Assembly (NCBI GenBank): GCA_030390025.1
Contig: CM059452.1
Span: 9,548,001-9,612,000 of the forward strand
Length of the DNA: 64,000 nucleotides
DNA from: Squalus acanthias
Lineage: Eukaryota
Direction: 5' to 3'
The notes under the pieces were generated by a model. The model was not told where the DNA came from. It worked only from the letters and a program-made list of their open reading frames with translations, and ran no database searches. Made by a program: the position numbers and the translations under genes. Below are positions 11,818-24,962 of the stretch, one piece after another. The stretch's first letter is position 1. Each line of letters begins with the position of its first letter.

Positions 11818-13178
11818 GGGCTCATGGCACAGAAATACACGGCGGAGATCAGGATTTTGCCGATCCTTAGCTCAGTAACCTTGGTAGTTTTATTAACGTA
11901 GAAGAGAATCGGTCAGTGAAGTCGGGGTTCCTGTTTACTATCCCTGCAATAATATAAACGACGTACTGTGTCACAGAGTTATAGAGTTATACAGCACAGA
12001 AAGAGATACTTCGGCCCATCGTGTCCGCGCCGGCCATCAAGCCCTATCTATTCTAATCCCATTTTCAAGCACTTGGTCCGTAGCCTTGTATGCTATGGCG
12101 TTTCAAGTGCTCAGCTAAATGTTTCTTGAATGTTGTGAGGGTTCCTGCCTCTACCACCCTTTCAGGCAGTGAGTTCCAGATTCCAACCACTCTCTGGGTG
12201 CAAAAGTTTTTCCTCAAATCCCCTCTAAACCTCCTGCCCCTTACATTGAAACTATGCCCCCTGGTTATTGACCCCTCTACTAAGGGGAAAAGTTCCTTTC
12301 TATCTACCCTATCTATGCCCCTCATAATTTGGTACACCTCAATCAGGTCCCCTCTCAGCCTTCTCTGCTCCAAGGAAAACAACCCCAGCCTGTCCAGTCT
12401 ATCTTCATAGCTGAAACACTCCAGCCCATGTAACATCCTGGTGAATCTCCTCTGCACCCTCTCCAATGCAATCACATCCTTACTATAGTGTGGCGACCAG
12501 AACTGCACACAGTATTCCAGCTGTGGCCTAACTAGCGTTTTGTACAGCTCCATCATAACCTCCCTGCTCTTATATTCTATGCCTCGGCTAATGAAGGCAA
12601 GTATCCCATATGCCTTTTTAACCACCTTATCTACCTGTCCTGCTGCCTTCAGGGATCTATGTACATACACACCAAGGTCCCTCTGATCCTCTGTCCTTCC
12701 TAGGATCCTCCCATTCATTGTGTATTCCCGTGCCTTGTTAGTCCTCCCAAAATGCATCACCTCACACCTTTCAGGGTTAAATTCCATTTGCCACTGTTCT
12801 GCCCATCTGACCAACCCGTCTATATCGTCCTGTAGCCTGAGGCTTCCCTCCTCCTGTGGTGGCTGGCCAAGGTACTGATTGTACCAGAACACTGTAGAGC
12901 TAGGATAGCTTGTTTTCAAGGTTCAGGTTAGTGTGACATTACTTTCCTCTTCAACCGTCATTTCAGGGACCGTCTGTTCCACTGTGTCTTGGTGGCTCCA
13001 TTCCAAAACAAAATAATAGTAATAGTGATTATCACCACCATCAACATCATCATCAGAAGCAGCATATTACCAATAATAACATCGGCGTTACAGCAGTCAA
13101 GGGGAGAATGGGTTTTCACTGGGAAGGAAATCCTTACTGAGTAGTGATATAAGGACGAGGAGTGAGACGTTTCCGCAT
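11818..13178 (-). pseudogene. TCR alpha/delta V pseudogene (paralog of 24409-24900), LINE-disrupted
   Basis: Leader ATG at 13178, mutated acceptor, Cys1 codon changed to TGA, LINE insertion in FR2, AVYFCAM end, RSS 11778-11817. Confidence 0.9.
11971..12853 (-). mobile_element. 5'-truncated CR1-type LINE inserted in V exon, CACAG target-site duplication
   Basis: Uninterrupted RT C-terminus ([36 protein letters not shown]); CTGTG at 11966-11970 and 12854-12858. Confidence 0.9.
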
Positions 13179-13378
13179 GATGCTCCCTGAGTCTGTAACG
13201 CTGCAGTCCGGGAAATTCTCCGTCGGAGCAGAAATACAGATTCCCGCCCCACTACACTGCTGATCCAACCAATGCCAAACAGGGAACAGCGGCAGCAATC
13301 TCTCCAATAACACATTGCAGGCAAGGCGGGTCAGAGCGAGAGCAGCAATCGGAAACTGTGGGCGGGGTTGCCGCGGGC

Positions 13379-13388
13379 AGTGATGTCA
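13379..13388. promoter_or_regulatory. TCR V promoter CRE-like decamer
   Basis: AGTGATGTCA about 200 bp upstream of the leader, next to a GC box and CCAAT. Confidence 0.5.
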
Positions 13389-13880
13389 CGCGGGATCCAC
13401 CTGTGAGGAACTGAATTCAATAATAATGTCCCCTTCGTAAATTATATAACTCTGCCTCTCTATAAGATATGAGCTATTTTCAAATTCGTTAAAAATTCGG
13501 GGCAAGCAGGCCAGCGATAGGAATCGCAGAATTATTATATTATTCAAAAGTTAACGATATCTTCATCAGTAAAGTGGGTTAAAACCAGGGGCTGAAACTG
13601 GCGGTGGGAAATAGAGCAAAACGGCAAACGAACCCAAGGTTCTGGAGGCGCACATCTCGTTTATACTTCACTAACTTCTGAAATTATAAAACTGTAATTG
13701 AATGTATAACATTAATAAGCATAAATATGATATCAAAAGCAATTTTACGTTAATTTATATTGAGAAAGTGTCAGTCAGTATTGTTGATATCAGGTAACGG
13801 GCGGTGAGAATCCGCGCTCAGTCAGCGTCACCTGGTGGCCGGGTTTAAAGAATCTCGTTTAAGCTGATCTCACAGAACAA

Positions 13881-13991
13881 GGTTAATCTACGAGGAGTCC
13901 CGAGGCCCTTCTCACTGTGGGCCTCAGTGCACAGTAGTACACGGCAGCTCACTCAGGTTGAAAAAAGCGATAATTATGGACGTTTCCGGAT
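13881..13991 (-). pseudogene. 3' remnant of a TCR V with 23-RSS, 5' part replaced by the IgM duplication
   Basis: AVYYCALRP followed by CACAGTG-23-AGATTAACC; CTCF-like GGCCACCAGGTGACGCT at 13824-13840. Confidence 0.85.
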
Positions 13992-14123
13992 TTTAGATCT
14001 CGGTGTCCCTGTTTCTCGTGTTGTCCATCCCTTCAGAATTGGGGCCAGTTTTATTTGCAGCATCGCACTCTCGGGGACCTGAAATGAGGCCACACACGAA
14101 AACGAACTGTAAACCCACTGCGC

Positions 14124-15342
14124 CAGCAGAGAGAGGGGAAAGGGCAATTGTTAACCCACTGTACATGCCACTCCCCCTACAGAGAGAGGGGAAAGAGCAA
14201 TTGTTAACCCACTGTACCCCCCACTTCCCCACCAGAGAGAGTGGAAAGGGCAATTGTTAACCCGCTGTACCCCCACTCCCCCACCAGAGAGAGGGGAAAG
14301 GGCAATTGTCAACCCACTGTACCCCCACTCCCCCACCAGAGAGAGGGGAAAGGGCAATTGTTAACCCACTGTACCTCCCACACCCTCACCAGAGAGAGGG
14401 GAAAGGGCAATTGTTAACCCACTGTACCCCCACTCCCCCACCAGAGAGAGGGGAAAGGGCAATTGTTAAGCCACTGTACCCCCACTCCCCCACCAGAGAG
14501 AGGGGAAAGGGCAATTGTTAACCCACTGTACACCCACTTCTCCACCAGAGAGAGGGGAAAGGGGAATTGTTAACCCACTGTACCCCCCACTCCCCCACCA
14601 GAGAGAGGGGAAAGGGCAATTGTTAACCCTCTGTACCCCCCACTCCCCCACCAGAGAGAGGGGAAAGGGGAATTGTTAACCCACTGTACCCCCCACTCCC
14701 CCACCAGAGAGAGGGGAAAGGGCAATTGTTAACCCACTGTACCCCCACTCCCTCACCAGAGAGAGGGGAAAGGGCAATTGTTAACCCACTGTACCTCCCA
14801 CTCCTCCACCAGAGAGAGTGGAAAGGGCAATTGTTAACCCACTCTACCCACACTCCCCCACCAGAGAGAGGGGAAAGGGCAATTGTTAACCCACTGTACC
14901 CACACTCCCCACCAGAGAGAGGGGAAAGGGCAATTGTTAACCCACTGTACCTCCCACTCCCCCACCAGAGAGAGGAGAAAGGGCAATTGTTAACCCACTG
15001 TACCCACACTCCCCACCAGAGAGAGGGGAAAGGGCAATTGTTAACACACTGTACCCACACTCCCCACCAGAGAGAGGGGAAAGGGCAATTGTTAACCCAC
15101 TGTACCTCCCACTCCCCCACCAGAGAGAGGGGAAAGGGCAATTGTTAACCCACTGTACCTCCCACTCCCCCACCAGAGAGAGGGGAAAGGGCAATTGTTA
15201 ACCGACTGTACCCCCACTCCCCCACCAGAGAGAGGGGCAAGGGCTATTGTTAACCCACTGTACCTCCCACTCCCCCACCAGAGAGGGGAAAGGGTAATTG
15301 TGAAGCCACTGTACCCCCACTCCCCCACCAGAGAGAGGGGAG
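14124..15342. repeat. About 52-bp minisatellite
   Basis: Unit CCACCAGAGAGAGGGGAAAGGGCAATTGTTAACCCACTGTACCCCCACTCCC. Confidence 0.95.
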
Positions 15343-17037
15343 GTGAACCAATCTCTATTGTATGAACTCAGTTGCCATCAGTAAAAAGTCAGCTTTAACT
15401 CACAGTCTAAAAACGTTAAAGTTGCCGGATGAGAATCATATTGTAAAATAAATATTTATTCAACAACTTATCTTTAACTAGTGTTTGGGGTAAATCTGTC
15501 CCTGTTATTCATAAACTAACAGATTGAATTTTAATAGTCCAAATTTGAACTGGTGTTTGAATCCTCTGCAGGTTTCTCACGGTTCTGTCCCTGATGGTTT
15601 GAGGCCCATCGGTTGACGTCACATTGCGTCTCACACAGAACACATTTACACAGAGCGGGGAAGAATGCGTGTAAAGTGAGTGTGTGTGTGTTTATGTGTC
15701 AGTGCGTTTGCAATTTTGTGTAAGTGTGTGTATTTTGTGTAAGTGCACACTTACACATAAACATACACACACTTACACATAAAGACACGAATTAACACAT
15801 TGACATAGATTATTACACATACCCAGAATATAATACACACCGTCATTGTCAGACCCAGTTATTGGTAATCTCTGAAACTTTGAACAGTACCGGAAATACA
15901 CACGCGCACACCCTTAAACAAAGCACACACAAACACATGCATTAACATACACACACTTACACACGCATAAACTCACACATGAACACAAACACACACACAT
16001 AGAAACACACACACTTACACAGAAACACTCACACGCTTACACCTGAACATACACAAACACTTCCACATAACCATAAACATAAACATAAACACACATATGG
16101 ACGCACATACACAAAAAACAAACACACAATTACAAATAAACACACACACTTATACAAAGACTTACACATAAACATACACAAACTGACAAAAATACACGCA
16201 CACTTACACATAATCACACACTTACTCATAAATACACATATATAGAATTATACAAACACACACACTTACACATCAACACACACATAATTACACTTGAACA
16301 CACACACACACACTTACACAGCAACACACACATTAACTCACAAACACAGACTAAAACAAAACAAGAGATTGTCATACACACATACGCAAACACGAATGCG
16401 CGAAAAAACCTCAGGCTATAGACGAATGTAGAATTAAAATGTACTTTTTGAACGAACACAGTTTCCAACGATTGTTCTGAATGAATAATTCCTGATACCA
16501 TAAAATCTCACATTTCTCTATTCTGGCCCTACACATACACTGAATCAATGTTCTTGTTGGAAACTGATACAAGTTAATTATGTTCAGAGTATTGCCATAA
16601 CAAATAAATAAACAAGATTATAAATCACATCTGATCTCTTACCCAGCCCCCTTGACAGTCTCCAAATAAGTAGCTATCTAAACCTATCGTTAAAATAATC
16701 GATATCAATCAGTAAACCTCCCTCGATATTTTATCATATTATTCCCGAATGATAGATTGTACGAAATTGATGCAAAATCAATCAGGGTGAGACATTGAAG
16801 AAAAAACTGTCGTTTTTTCCAACACGGACTATAGGAGGATCATAAATGAAGAGCGACTGTTGAGTTAGGAACAGAGATAGATTGCTGAGAGTGATTAACT
16901 TAACACAAGATATACATTGAAAATTCAATTAGAGAAAAAACTGATACCTTAAGGAAAAGAAGGGAATATATAATAATAATATGATATCTTGGATTAATAA
17001 ACGATCCGAATATATTTCCGCCTCTACATCCCCGTAG

Positions 17038-17314
17038 ATTCCTCAGACCACATCTTGATTGAAGACTATGAGGAAGAGAGCGGCAACATCTGGACAACCG
17101 CTTCCACATTCATCATCCTGTTCTTCCTGAGCATGTCCTACAGCGCTGCCGTCACTCTAGTGAAGGTGAGAAGATTCAATCCACTCACACTTCGATCAGA
17201 CTGAAGCGGTTTGACAAATCTCTAAAAGTTTCATTGATAAAAACCCTGAGATAAATGCCCCAAACCACTAAATCTCTGCTTCATTCTTTTATCCCTCTTT
17301 CACAGATCAAGTGA
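17038..17314 (+). pseudogene. IGHM: Orphan IgM TM1 (17038-17165) and TM2 (17306-17314) exons
   Basis: DSSDHILIEDYEEESGNIWTTASTFIILFFLSMSYSAAVTLVK / IK*, splice sites intact, no C exons upstream on this strand in the window. Confidence 0.9.
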
Positions 17315-18273
17315 ACGGTTGAATTTCGGTCGCCGTGGATTTTCCTCATCTGTTTATTAACATCTCTGTGTCATTAAAATAAAATATGTCCCCTTGGTGA
17401 TTCTCAGAGTCAAATGACTTCAGTTAATAGATCCGAATCTGTAGCTGAGAAAATCATAACCGGGATTTCCGTCTCTCTGTTTGAAATGTGTGAGATAATC
17501 GTGGGTATAATGTAAATGTATCTTAGAGTTTCACTGTTGTTTGAATATTTCATGTGTAAATAAGTCACTTTTCTGGTTCCTAATTGACAATTGTTCCCTT
17601 CCCTTTATGTTGAGCCCCTGTTTTCTCTCCCTGGTGTCTGTTACAGTTGTACAGATAACTGGCAGCTCAGACCGCCTGTGATCTGGTCTCAATGTGACGC
17701 TCTGTTGTTATATTCACTTTGTGTTAACTTTTTTAAAAACTTCGCTGTAAATTGTTCTCTGTGAAATTGTTAATAAATCTGGAATTACAAATGAACTAAC
17801 TTGGACTTTGCTGAATTCCTTTCTCCAAGGTTCCTCCACACCGCTCCATTTTCCCTATCACACTTTGTTTTATTTCCCTGACAGGTATTTTTCACCCGTC
17901 CTGTCTGGGTTGTGTTTGAACCCAAGTCCCTTCGGTTAACGAGCCACTGCGCCACCCAGTGTCGCATCAGAGTAACGACACCTTTACTACTGCCTTTTCA
18001 TGTCAAGACCCAGAGGCGGAATGACTGCATAGCGACCAGGCGCACCTTGAAGTCCATTCTCACATTATGGTCTGTCACAGTCACATGCCAGGTTCTATTA
18101 AAGAGCAGGGTTCTGCTCCATCACAGCCTAATACAGTACAGTACATGGCAGAGTAAAGCTCCCTCTACACTGTCCCTACATTACAACAGTGACTACAATT
18201 CAGAAAGTCCTTCATTGGTTGTGAAGCGCTTTGGGACGTCCGGTGGTCGTGAAAGGCGCTATATAAATGCAAG

Positions 18274-18495
18274 AAATAACAACAGAAAACGCTGGAAAAA
18301 CTCAGCAGGCGAGGCAGCATCCGTGGAGAGAGAAACAGAGTTAACGTTTCAGGTCGAAGACCTTTCTGATGAAAGGTCTTCGACCTGAAACGTTAACTCT
18401 GTTTCTCTCTCCACGGATGCTGCCTCGCCTGCTGAGTTTTTCCAGCGTTTTCTGTTGTTATTTCGGATTTCCAGCATCTGCAGTATTTTGCTATC
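18274..18495. mobile_element. Perfect 93-bp inverted repeat insertion with 14-bp flanking duplication, inside a SINE tail
   Basis: Arms 18274-18366 and 18371-18463, loop TGAT; ATATAAATGCAAGA at 18261-18274 and 18496-18509. Confidence 0.85.
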
Positions 18496-19039
18496 ATATA
18501 AATGCAAGACTTTCTTTCTTCTTTATTTCCCAACAAACACGCACAGGGCAGGTGTTAGATATCTGACACAGGCACACCAGCGAGCACAAACCCTGGGAAT
18601 AATTCCCGAAGACTGGGCCTATCTGACGCACAGACTCTATCGCCATCTGTTCTCTTTAAACACACTCAGACACCCAAGGCAGAGAGGAAAGAAGGAGAGG
18701 TTGTATTTGAGGGACAGGAGATGAGGGATCACGCGGTGTCCACAGGCAGTGGGCTCTGCTGGATACAGTTTGTGTGATAGACCAACAAAATCAAATTCTG
18801 ATGGAATATCATTCCAGTTTGGTTCAGGCCAAGTATGCGAGTGGAACCATTCTCTCGGGGGGTGGGGGGGGGGCACTATAGGATGTATTTTTGTTTTGGA
18901 TTCGCCCCTTTAAAGGAGACCCGAAGCCAAATGGTCCACACAGACCAAGGAGAAAATTGTGCGTGACTGGGGTAACCACTTCCAACCCTTTTCCAATCTG
19001 AGCAACACCCATTTACCCTGACCCTCGGTCTCCTGTTTC

Positions 19040-19700
19040 ATAAGCACATAAAAACATAAGAAATAGGAGCAGGAGTGGGCCATTTAGCCCTTCGAGCCTG
19101 CTCCGCCATTCAATGAGATCCTGGCTGATCTTCGACCTCAACTCCACTTTCCTGCACTATCCCCATATCCCTTGATGCCCTTAATATTCAACAATCTATC
19201 GATCTCGGTCTTGAATATACTCAATGACTGAGCCTCCACAGCCCCCTGGGGTAGAGAATTCCAAAGATTCACCACCCTCTGAGTGAAGAAATTTCTCCTC
19301 ATCTCAGTCCTAAATGGCCGACCCCTTATTCTGAGACTGTGACCCCTGGTTCTAGACTCCCCAGCCAGGGGAAACATCCTCCCTGCATCTACCCTGTCAA
19401 GCCCTGTAAGTATTTTGTATGTTGCAATGAGATCACCTCCCATTCTTCTAAACTCTAGGAAATATAGGCCTAGTCTACTCAATCTGTCCTCATAGGACAA
19501 TCCCCCCATCCCAGGAACCAGTCTGGTGAACCTTCGTTGCACTCCCTCTATGGCAAGTATATCCTTCCTTGGGTAAGGATACCAAAACTGTACACAATAC
19601 TCCAGGTGTGGTCTCACCAGAGCCCTATGTAATTGCAGTAAGACGTCTTTACTCTTATACTCAAATCCTCTTGTAATAAAGGCCAACATACCATTTTCCC
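19040..19700 (-). mobile_element. CR1-type LINE 3' fragment
   Basis: [19 protein letters not shown]. Confidence 0.88.
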
Positions 19701-20343
19701 TGACGACATTTATCCCTGCTCTCCTCCATTCCCTCTTGTACGATCTACCTGAACTCACTAAACATCACCCCAGAGTTCATTTCTCGCTGCTCTCCTCCAT
19801 TCCCTCTGATACCAACTCCCTGAACTCACTGAACATCACTCCAGGGATCCACTAGTGACCTTCAGACCTTCGCTCCCGGTTTCAGTGAAGTTTCGCTCCT
19901 CATCCTTCACCGTCTTATCGGATTCTTTCGGAGCCTCCCGGCCACCTGAACATCTCCACCTATTTCTGGTCAACCCCGAGTATCTTCTAGAATGTTCCTT
20001 CTACTAGGGCGCTGCTTTTCCACGAAACTCCCCGAGTTTAGGCGTGAGGTCTCTTGTGGTTGGATAGCACATCAGGTTAAGGGAGGGAAGAATTAGCGGC
20101 CCTTCTGTAGGGCTCGGAAGTAAGTTTGGGAATGGATGGAGTTGGTGTTTAAACTGTCTCTGCCGCAGTGAAATAAAAAGGAATTTCACCTTAATTTATA
20201 TTGAGAAATATAACTGCGGATTGACCACCGCCCTTTGCCTGAACTGGTCGTTTTCGGGACCGATTTGACTGTCACCCAATCTACCCAGGCTTTGCTCAGA
20301 GTGGAGATATTGTAGGAGAGCGGGGTCTTTCCCCCACACTGTG

Positions 20344-21971
20344 GCCCACGGCACAGTAATAGATTTCGGTATCTGCCAACTCTGCCTGGCCGATACCGAG
20401 TGCGCTCAGACTTTGATCCCGGTCGGTGTGGATCTTAAACCGGCCTTGGTGGCGCTCTCCTTTGAATCCACAATGGATGTATCCCGGGGCCTCGCCCTCC
20501 AGTCGGCTGTACCAACAGATGTTGTCAGTGTTGCTGAACCCGCACTGGATCCTGACGGGGTTTCCTTCCACTGCGAACTCTCGGGCAGGTTGAGAATTCT
20601 GGGATAAACTCGGAGCATATTTGGACGCAATTTAAGAATTACACAGAATTTACAGCACAAGGATCCCTAGTAAAACTGAAGTCAATGGGAATCTGGGGGA
20701 AAACGCTCCACTGGCTGGAGTCATACCTAGCACAAAGGAAGATGGTTGTGGTGGTTGAAGGTCAATCATTACAGCCCCAGGACATCGCTGTAAGTGTTCC
20801 TCAGGGCAGTGTCCTCGGCCCAACCATCTTCAGCTGCTTCATCAATGACCTCCCCTCCAACATAAGGTCAGAAATTGGGATGTATTCTGATGACTGCACA
20901 GTGTTCAGCGCCATTCGCAACTCTTCAGATAATGAAGCAGTCCATGCCCGCATGCAACAAGACCTGGACGACGTTTAGGCTTGGGCTGATAAGTGGCAGG
21001 TGACATTTGCGCCACAGAAGTGCCAGGCAATGACTACCTCCAACAAGCGAGAGTCTAACCAACGCCCCTTGACATTCAATGGCATTACCATCGCCGAATC
21101 CCCCCCCCCCCCCCATCAACATCCTGGGGCTCACCATTGACCAGAAACTTAACTGGACCAGCCACATAAATACTGTGGCAACAAAAGCAGGTTAGAGCCT
21201 AGGTATTCTGCGGTAAGTGTCTCACCTCCTGACTCCCCAAAGCCTTTCCAGCATCTACAAGGCACAAGTTAGGAGTGTGATGGAATACTCTCCACTTGCC
21301 TGGATAAGTGCAGCTCTAACAACACTCAAGAAGCTCGACACCATCCAAGTCAAAGCAGCCCGCTTGATTGGCACCCCATCCACCACCTTAAACATTCAGT
21401 CCCTCCACCACCAGCGTGCCGTGGCTGCAGTGTGTACCATCTGTAAGATGCACTGCAGCAACTCGCCAAGTCTTCTTCGGCAGCACCTCCCAAACCAGCG
21501 ACCTCTTTCACCTAGAAGGACAAGGGCAGCAGGTGCATGGGAACACCACCACCTCCAAGTTCCCTTCCAAGTCACACACCATCCTGACTTAGAAGTATAT
21601 CGCCGATCCTTCATCGTCGCTGGGTCAAAATCCTGGAACTCCGTCCCGAACAGCACTGTGGGAGTACCTTCACCACACGGACTGCAGCGGTTGAAGAAGG
21701 CGGCTCACCACCACCTTCGCTCAAGGGCTATTAGGGATGGGCAATAAATGCTGGACTTGCCAGCGACGCCCACATCCCATAAACGAATAAAAATAAAATA
21801 TAAAAGAAACAGGCCATTCGTCCCAACTGGTCTATACCTGTCTTTATGCTGAACACGAGCCTCCTCACAACCCCATTGACATTGAAACACAGCAGTTTAT
21901 GGAGCAGAATTATTAAAAACAGATGAGTAACACTCACAGGATAAGAGCAGGAAGAGGTGAATATCCCCCAT
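20344..21971 (-). pseudogene. TCR alpha/delta V, probable pseudogene (leader 21938-21971, V exon about 20344-20610)
   Basis: Open V domain (VRIQC..ICWYSR..DTEIYYCAVG) and 23-RSS 20305-20343. The nearest AG acceptor is out of phase and the intron carries a LINE. Confidence 0.72.
20660..21800 (+). mobile_element. Non-LTR retrotransposon RT 3' fragment (CR1/L2-group), nested in a short repeat
   Basis: VPQGSVLGPTIFSCFINDL, YSDDC; poly-A-like tail; sister copy at 60185-61255. Confidence 0.88.
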
Positions 21972-22509
21972 GGCTGATTTATACTCTTTACTCAAGGCTC
22001 CGTCTCACTCTGTATTGAAGCTGGCGGTGATTAGTGGAGGTTGAAACTTGCCCAGTCTCAATGAGACCGCGCTCTCTGCTTCTGTATAACTTCACAGCGA
22101 CCCCTGCAATAGTACAGGGGACAGGAGACATCGCGATAGAAGGCAACGGTTTCTCACGTCAGTTTCACTGTCAGTCATACGAGATCTGCTAGAGTTAATG
22201 TTAGTGACAGTCTCACATCTTCTGCTTCAGGTGAAACTCAATCGGTCATCAATATATCGATTACTTTGCCCAGCTGGCTCCCGTAATCAGAAGGATCACA
22301 TTGGACCTGTGACAGTTCTCTGAGCAAACTGTTCACTCAGTCCAATTCTTCTCCTCTTTCACTACACACGTGAATTTCTGTTTCAAATATTAGCCCATTT
22401 ACATTTTAAAAGTTATTATAAATTCGGCTTCCTCGTTGCTTTTGTTGGGAATTTCATGTCCCAACAATCCTCTGAGTCAAAAAAAGAACCTTCGTTCTCA
22501 TGGTAGGGA

Positions 22510-23045
22510 TCGTAGCACTGAGTACAGTAATACAGGGAGACACCAGCAGAGGGAGATAGATAAAGGTGTGACTGAATACAGTGCTACAGAGAGACACCAG
22601 CAGAGGGAGATAGATAAACGTTTGACTGAGTACAGTGATTAATACAGAGAGACACCAACAGAAGGAGTTAAATAAATGTGTAAAAGGGTATTGTGATACA
22701 GAGAGACACCAACAGAGGGAGATAGATAAATGTGTCACTGAGTACAGCGAGCAATAAGAGAGGGAGACAGATAAAGTTGTGACTGCGTACAGTCAGTGAT
22801 ACACAGAGACACCAACAGAAGGAGATAGATAAAGTTGTGAGAAACACTGAGAGTGGGCGGCCAGGTGTGAGCTCAGAGACAGTGTGAGCTGGTGTCAGTG
22901 AGAAACACTGAGTGTGAGCGGCCCGGTGTGAGCTCAGAGACAGTGTGAGCTGGTGTCAGTGAGAAACACTGAGTGTGGGCGGCCTGGTGTGAGCCCAGAG
23001 ACAGTATGAGCTGGTGTCAGTGAGACACTGAGTGTGGGTGGTCCG
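22510..23045. repeat. Two short degenerate tandem arrays (about 50 bp and 60 bp units)
   Basis: GAGACACCAGCAGAGGGAGATAGATAAA repeats, then AGAAACACTGAGTGTGAGCGG..CTGGTGTCAGTG x3. Confidence 0.8.
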
Positions 23046-23224
23046 GGGTTGGTAAACCCTGATACGCAGATTATTTCGTTAGTTCGACAAAAAGAAGCAT
23101 CTGAGTTGCACATGAAGCGGGAGTCAGTCTCCTTGTGAAATCTCCTTAATAAAATATCTTTGTCCTGGTTCTAACCCGAACGCTGTGTACAATTCTTTCA
23201 GCCTCCTTATCATCTGATCCGATA

Positions 23225-23558
23225 ATGCTCCGGATTTATAGAGATTCCCTGCTGATTTACACCCTGATCTGCACGGATGTGAGCGGTGAAGATGAGGTGA
23301 AGCAGCTCCCTCGGCGGGTGGTTGTTCCTGAAGAGAGAATCGTGTCCATCAACTGCTCCGCTACCGCTGCCTTTACCTTCCTGCGCTGGTACAGAGAGCA
23401 CCCGGATCAGACCCTCCAGCACCTGGTGATGGCCACAAGCGGGACCGATCAACACGGGAGGATCACTGCTTCAATCGGGGGAGGCAATAAATTCAGTGCC
23501 CTGACTGTGAGAGACGCGCGAGTGACAGACAGCGCCACCTATCTCTGCGCCGTGAGCC
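23225..23558 (+). CDS. TCR alpha/delta V with leader and V in one exon
   Basis: MLRIYRDSLLIYTLICTDVSG-EDEVKQ..INC..WYRE..DSATYLCAVS; RSS CACAGTG-23-ACAGAAACC at 23559-23597. Confidence 0.85.
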
Positions 23559-24408
23559 CACAGTGTAACAAACAGGCGGAGAGTCCGCACAGAAACCTGC
23601 CCCGAGGGGCAGCGCCGCTCTGCTGTGTTTGGAGTAACGGGATTGGGACGGGCCCGGTTATAATAATCGGAGGACAGAGGGAATGAGCACAGAACAATGA
23701 TGATATATTGAAGAGAATTATTTAAAGAAAGTGAGAAATGAAGAGAATTGGAAACATAGACAGAGGAAAAGAAAGAGAAAACCCCAAAGAAAGAATGAGA
23801 GAGAGAAAGAGAAAAAGCGGTGTAATAATGAGAGTGTAGAGGACAGCAAATTAGGAAAGGAGGAAAGAGAAATGAAAGAAGTTGAGAAATAACGAGTGAG
23901 AAACACAAAGCTAAAAGGTAAGAGAAAGCCATAAAGAAAGAGATTCAGAAATAAAGTAAAATGTATTTTCCTTTAAATTAATTCACATTTCCCTTCCCAC
24001 TATTTACAAAGCTGAATTGTCTGAAACAATACACATTGTCTCCCAATAACAGGCCTCTGGAAACTGCCCCATCGATAAACTCACACTTTACTCTGCCGAT
24101 TTTCCCGACAGTGTAAAATTCTCAGAGTCACCGGCAGAGGGCGCCGTGGTCACATGTTTCTCGCCGTCATCAACTGGAAATTATAGAGACAAATCTTGCG
24201 GTGACACTGCCCGCGGCAGCCCCGCCCACAGCTTCCGTTTGCTGCTCTCGCTCTGACCCGCCTTGCCTGCCCTGTGTTATTGGAGAGATTGCTGCCGCTG
24301 TTCCCTGTTTGGCATTGCTTGGATCAGCAGTGCAGTGGGGCGGTGGTCTGTATTTCTGCTTCGACAGAGGATTTCCCGGACTGCAGAGTTGCAGACGCAG
24401 GGAGCATC

Positions 24409-24900
24409 ATGTGGAACCGTCTCGCACCGCTCCTCATCATTATATCACTTCTCAGTAAGTATTTCCTTCACATTCTCCCCCTGACTGCTGTAACCCAGAT
24501 GTTATTGTTGCTAAAATGATGCTGATTATGTTGCTTAAGATGACATTAATGGTGATGATGATGGTGATGATGACAATTACTGTTATTTTATGTTAGAATG
24601 GAGCCACCAAGACGCAGTTGAACAGCCGGTCCCTGAGATGACGGTTGAAGAGGAAAGTAATGTCACATTAACCTGCACCTTGAAAACAAGCGCTACTAAC
24701 ACTTATGTGTTCTGGTACAGTCAGCGCCCCGGGCAGCCTCCACAGTACGTGCTTCGTCTTATCGGAAGAAATGTAAACCGGAACCCCGACATTACTGACC
24801 GATTCAATTCTACGTTTAATAAAACTACCAAGATTACCGAGCTAACGATCAGCAAAGCCCTGATCTCCGACACCGCCGTGTATTTCTGTGCCATGGAGCC
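24409..24900 (+). CDS. TCR alpha/delta V, intact (leader 24409-24454, V exon 24597-24900)
   Basis: MWNRLAPLLIIISLL / VTLTC..FWYSQ..DTAVYFCAME; RSS CACACTG-24-ACAAAAACC at 24901-24940. Confidence 0.9.
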
Positions 24901-24962
24901 CACACTGCTGCAGAGATATAGCGGATCCCGTACAAAAACCCACACTGAGAGTTCCAGTTAGT

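Larger units (their letters stand above)
13992..18170 (+). repeat. Segmental duplicate of the IgM Cmu4-TM intron, TM exons and 3' flank (source-like copy 53597 to about 57650)
   Basis: Near-identical sequence starting at TTTAGATCTCGGTGTC in both copies. Confidence 0.93.

Noticed and set aside
12065-12919. V-reverse transcriptase fusion protein
   Set aside because: Chance in-frame CR1 insertion into a pseudogene V that has an upstream stop and a dead acceptor
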